From NCBI GenBank assembly GCA_002721815.1, contig PBLQ01000043.1:2571-66570 (forward strand): a stretch of 64,000 bases of DNA, given 5' to 3'. The notes under the pieces were generated by a model that had not been told where the DNA came from, searched no databases, and worked only from the letters and a program-made list of their open reading frames with translations. The DNA is from Myxococcales bacterium (GTDB taxonomy: Bacteria; Myxococcota; UBA727; GCA-2721815). The position numbers were made by a program, and so were the translations under genes. Positions 62,984-64,000 of the stretch are shown here, piece after piece (the first letter of the stretch is position 1; each line of letters starts with the position of its first letter).

Positions 62984-64000
62984 TTAAAGCGCGCGATGTT
63001 GGTAGAGTGTCCCGTCTGCAAACCCTTTTTTACGGTAATAACCGCGGGTGCCCACCCCAGATATCACACTTAACTTAGAAAATCCTGCTGCGCGTGCAAT
63101 TTTTGCTGCTTCTTCCAAAAGCCGTTCCCCATAACCTTGATGCTGGCTCCCCCCTTCAGTGGGTCCATGCAGGGGCAGGCTTTTACCGTAGACATGAACC
63201 TCTCGAACCAGGGCCGCATCTACAATCTCTTGAAAAGGAGCCTCTATGCGCGGCAGTCCCAAGCGCAAATAAGCCAATATCTTATCGTCATTGGTGGTGA
63301 ACTGTAGAAAAGCTTCTTCGCCCGCCCCCGTTTCGTATTGGATGACGCTAAATATCGCATTGGGTTCATGGGAACTCTTCGAGCGAATTTCACGACTCCG
63401 TATTTCAACCGGTATTTGCTCTTGGTCCGACAACTGGTGTTGGATGATTTGTCGCAGGTTGGCTTTCTTATTTCCGACCACGATATCGTCGGCCGAGAAA
63501 TCTCGAATCATGCGCGATACCCGACAGTAAAGCGGGACGGACAATAAAATGTTTTTGAGCAGTGATTCCAGTTCCTGGGGCGCGTAAGGTGCCCAATCGC
63601 CTTTCTCATAGGCCCCATAGAGTTCAGTGTCTTCCACCAAGGCGCATGGGTAAATTTTGAGTTCGTCCGGGCGCAATCGGTGATCGGTGAAAAAGGATTT
63701 AAAGTCTTCTAAATCACTTTCAACGGAAGCCCCCAACAAATTCACCATCACATGACCGTGAATTTTAAAACCCATACGTCGCAATAATTCACAGGCGTTT
63801 TTGTTGTCTTCTGTGAGGTGTCCTCGTTTGTTTCGCTTCAAAATTTCATCGCGGTTGCTTTGCAGGCCTACCTGAATCTTGGTGCAACCCAGGCGACGTA
63901 AAAAATAGCCTTGGGCTTCGGTGATTTCTTCGGGACGTGTTTCTACCACCAAGCCAACGCAGCGGTTGGCACTGCCTTCGTTCTTTTGGTGTGCTTGGGT
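62984..64000 (-). CDS. elp3: Elp3-type radical-SAM/GNAT tRNA U34 modification enzyme, N-terminus beyond window
   Basis: The frame stays open to nt 64000 (TQAHQKNEGSANRCVGLVVETRPEE...). TKIQVGLQS and HGHVMVNL. C-terminal GNAT QHQGYGERLLEEAAKIARAAGFSKLSVISGVGTRGYYRKKGF. Confidence 0.85.
   Translation of the reverse strand, partial: TQAHQKNEGSANRCVGLVVETRPEEITEAQGYFLRRLGCTKIQVGLQSNRDEILKRNKRGHLTEDNKNACELLRRMGFKIHGHVMVNLLGASVESDLEDFKSFFTDHRLRPDELKIYPCALVEDTELYGAYEKGDWAPYAPQELESLLKNILLSVPLYCRVSRMIRDFSADDIVVGNKKANLRQIIQHQLSDQEQIPVEIRSREIRSKSSHEPNAIFSVIQYETGAGEEAFLQFTTNDDKILAYLRLGLPRIEAPFQEIVDAALVREVHVYGKSLPLHGPTEGGSQHQGYGERLLEEAAKIARAAGFSKLSVISGVGTRGYYRKKGFADGTLYQHRAL

Noticed and set aside
1-64000. 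Search for mobile elements, prophage, defence islands, tRNA/rRNA genes or compositional islands.
   Set aside because: No integrase, transposase, recombinase, restriction-modification, toxin-antitoxin, Cas or phage structural signatures were seen in any frame. No intergenic gap contains a tRNA-like T-arm (GTTCGAATC-type). The only AT-rich stretches are short promoter regions.

Overview
This is a 64-kb chromosomal segment, densely packed with about 45 protein-coding genes. I found no rRNA, tRNA, CRISPR array, transposase, integrase or phage gene. All calls come from reading the sequence and ORF translations by eye (motif recognition only, no searches were run).

Lineage (inference): a MYXO-CTERM-like sorting tail, Myxococcus-type cysteine-rich repeats, ELWxxDGT repeats, PEGA and PilZ/AMIN domains, DAG-rich lipoprotein linkers, a sigma54 promoter and a type-2 IDI suggest a Myxococcota/Bradymonadia-like organism.

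Housekeeping content:
- thyA-folA-DUF374 operon and a deoxynucleoside kinase
- MoxR-DUF58-BatA-like operon
- murein-turnover genes: nagZ, dacB, an mltD-like gene, namZ, ldcA and a beta-lactamase-fold hydrolase
- fni
- nucleoside-catabolism operon deoC-(lipoprotein)-deoA-nupC-punA
- an OdhA/Kgd-type fused 2-oxoglutarate dehydrogenase followed by a fused E1 alpha/beta gene
- ydeP, a crotonase, sfsA, mlaE, an ECF-type sigma factor, and a long minus-strand operon elp3-hydrolase-trhO-ELWxxDGT-ATP-grasp

Most unusual content: a set of very large, Cys-rich, Ca-binding, eukaryote-like secreted lipoproteins.
- A 1773-aa protein carries 17 tandem TNFR/CD40-type cysteine-rich domains, an EGF-Ca module, TSP3 repeats and about 14 RCC1-like blades.
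- A CC-motif repeat protein has a MYXO-CTERM-like tail.
- An ELWxxDGT protein.
- An amidohydrolase-TSP3-OB-like fusion.

Other candidates for a second look:
- a PilZ-TM-AMIN protein
- a consensus sigma54 promoter driving a 59-aa ORF plus ldcA and a serine hydrolase, downstream of an ATP-grasp ligase
- a bacterial Elp3 next to TrhO
- a DeoC with a Cys-cluster N-terminal extension
- two perfect palindromes in the sigma-factor/OMP divergent promoter region

I cannot show that any one of these is a coherent new system. The strongest candidates are ranked by interest score in the findings.
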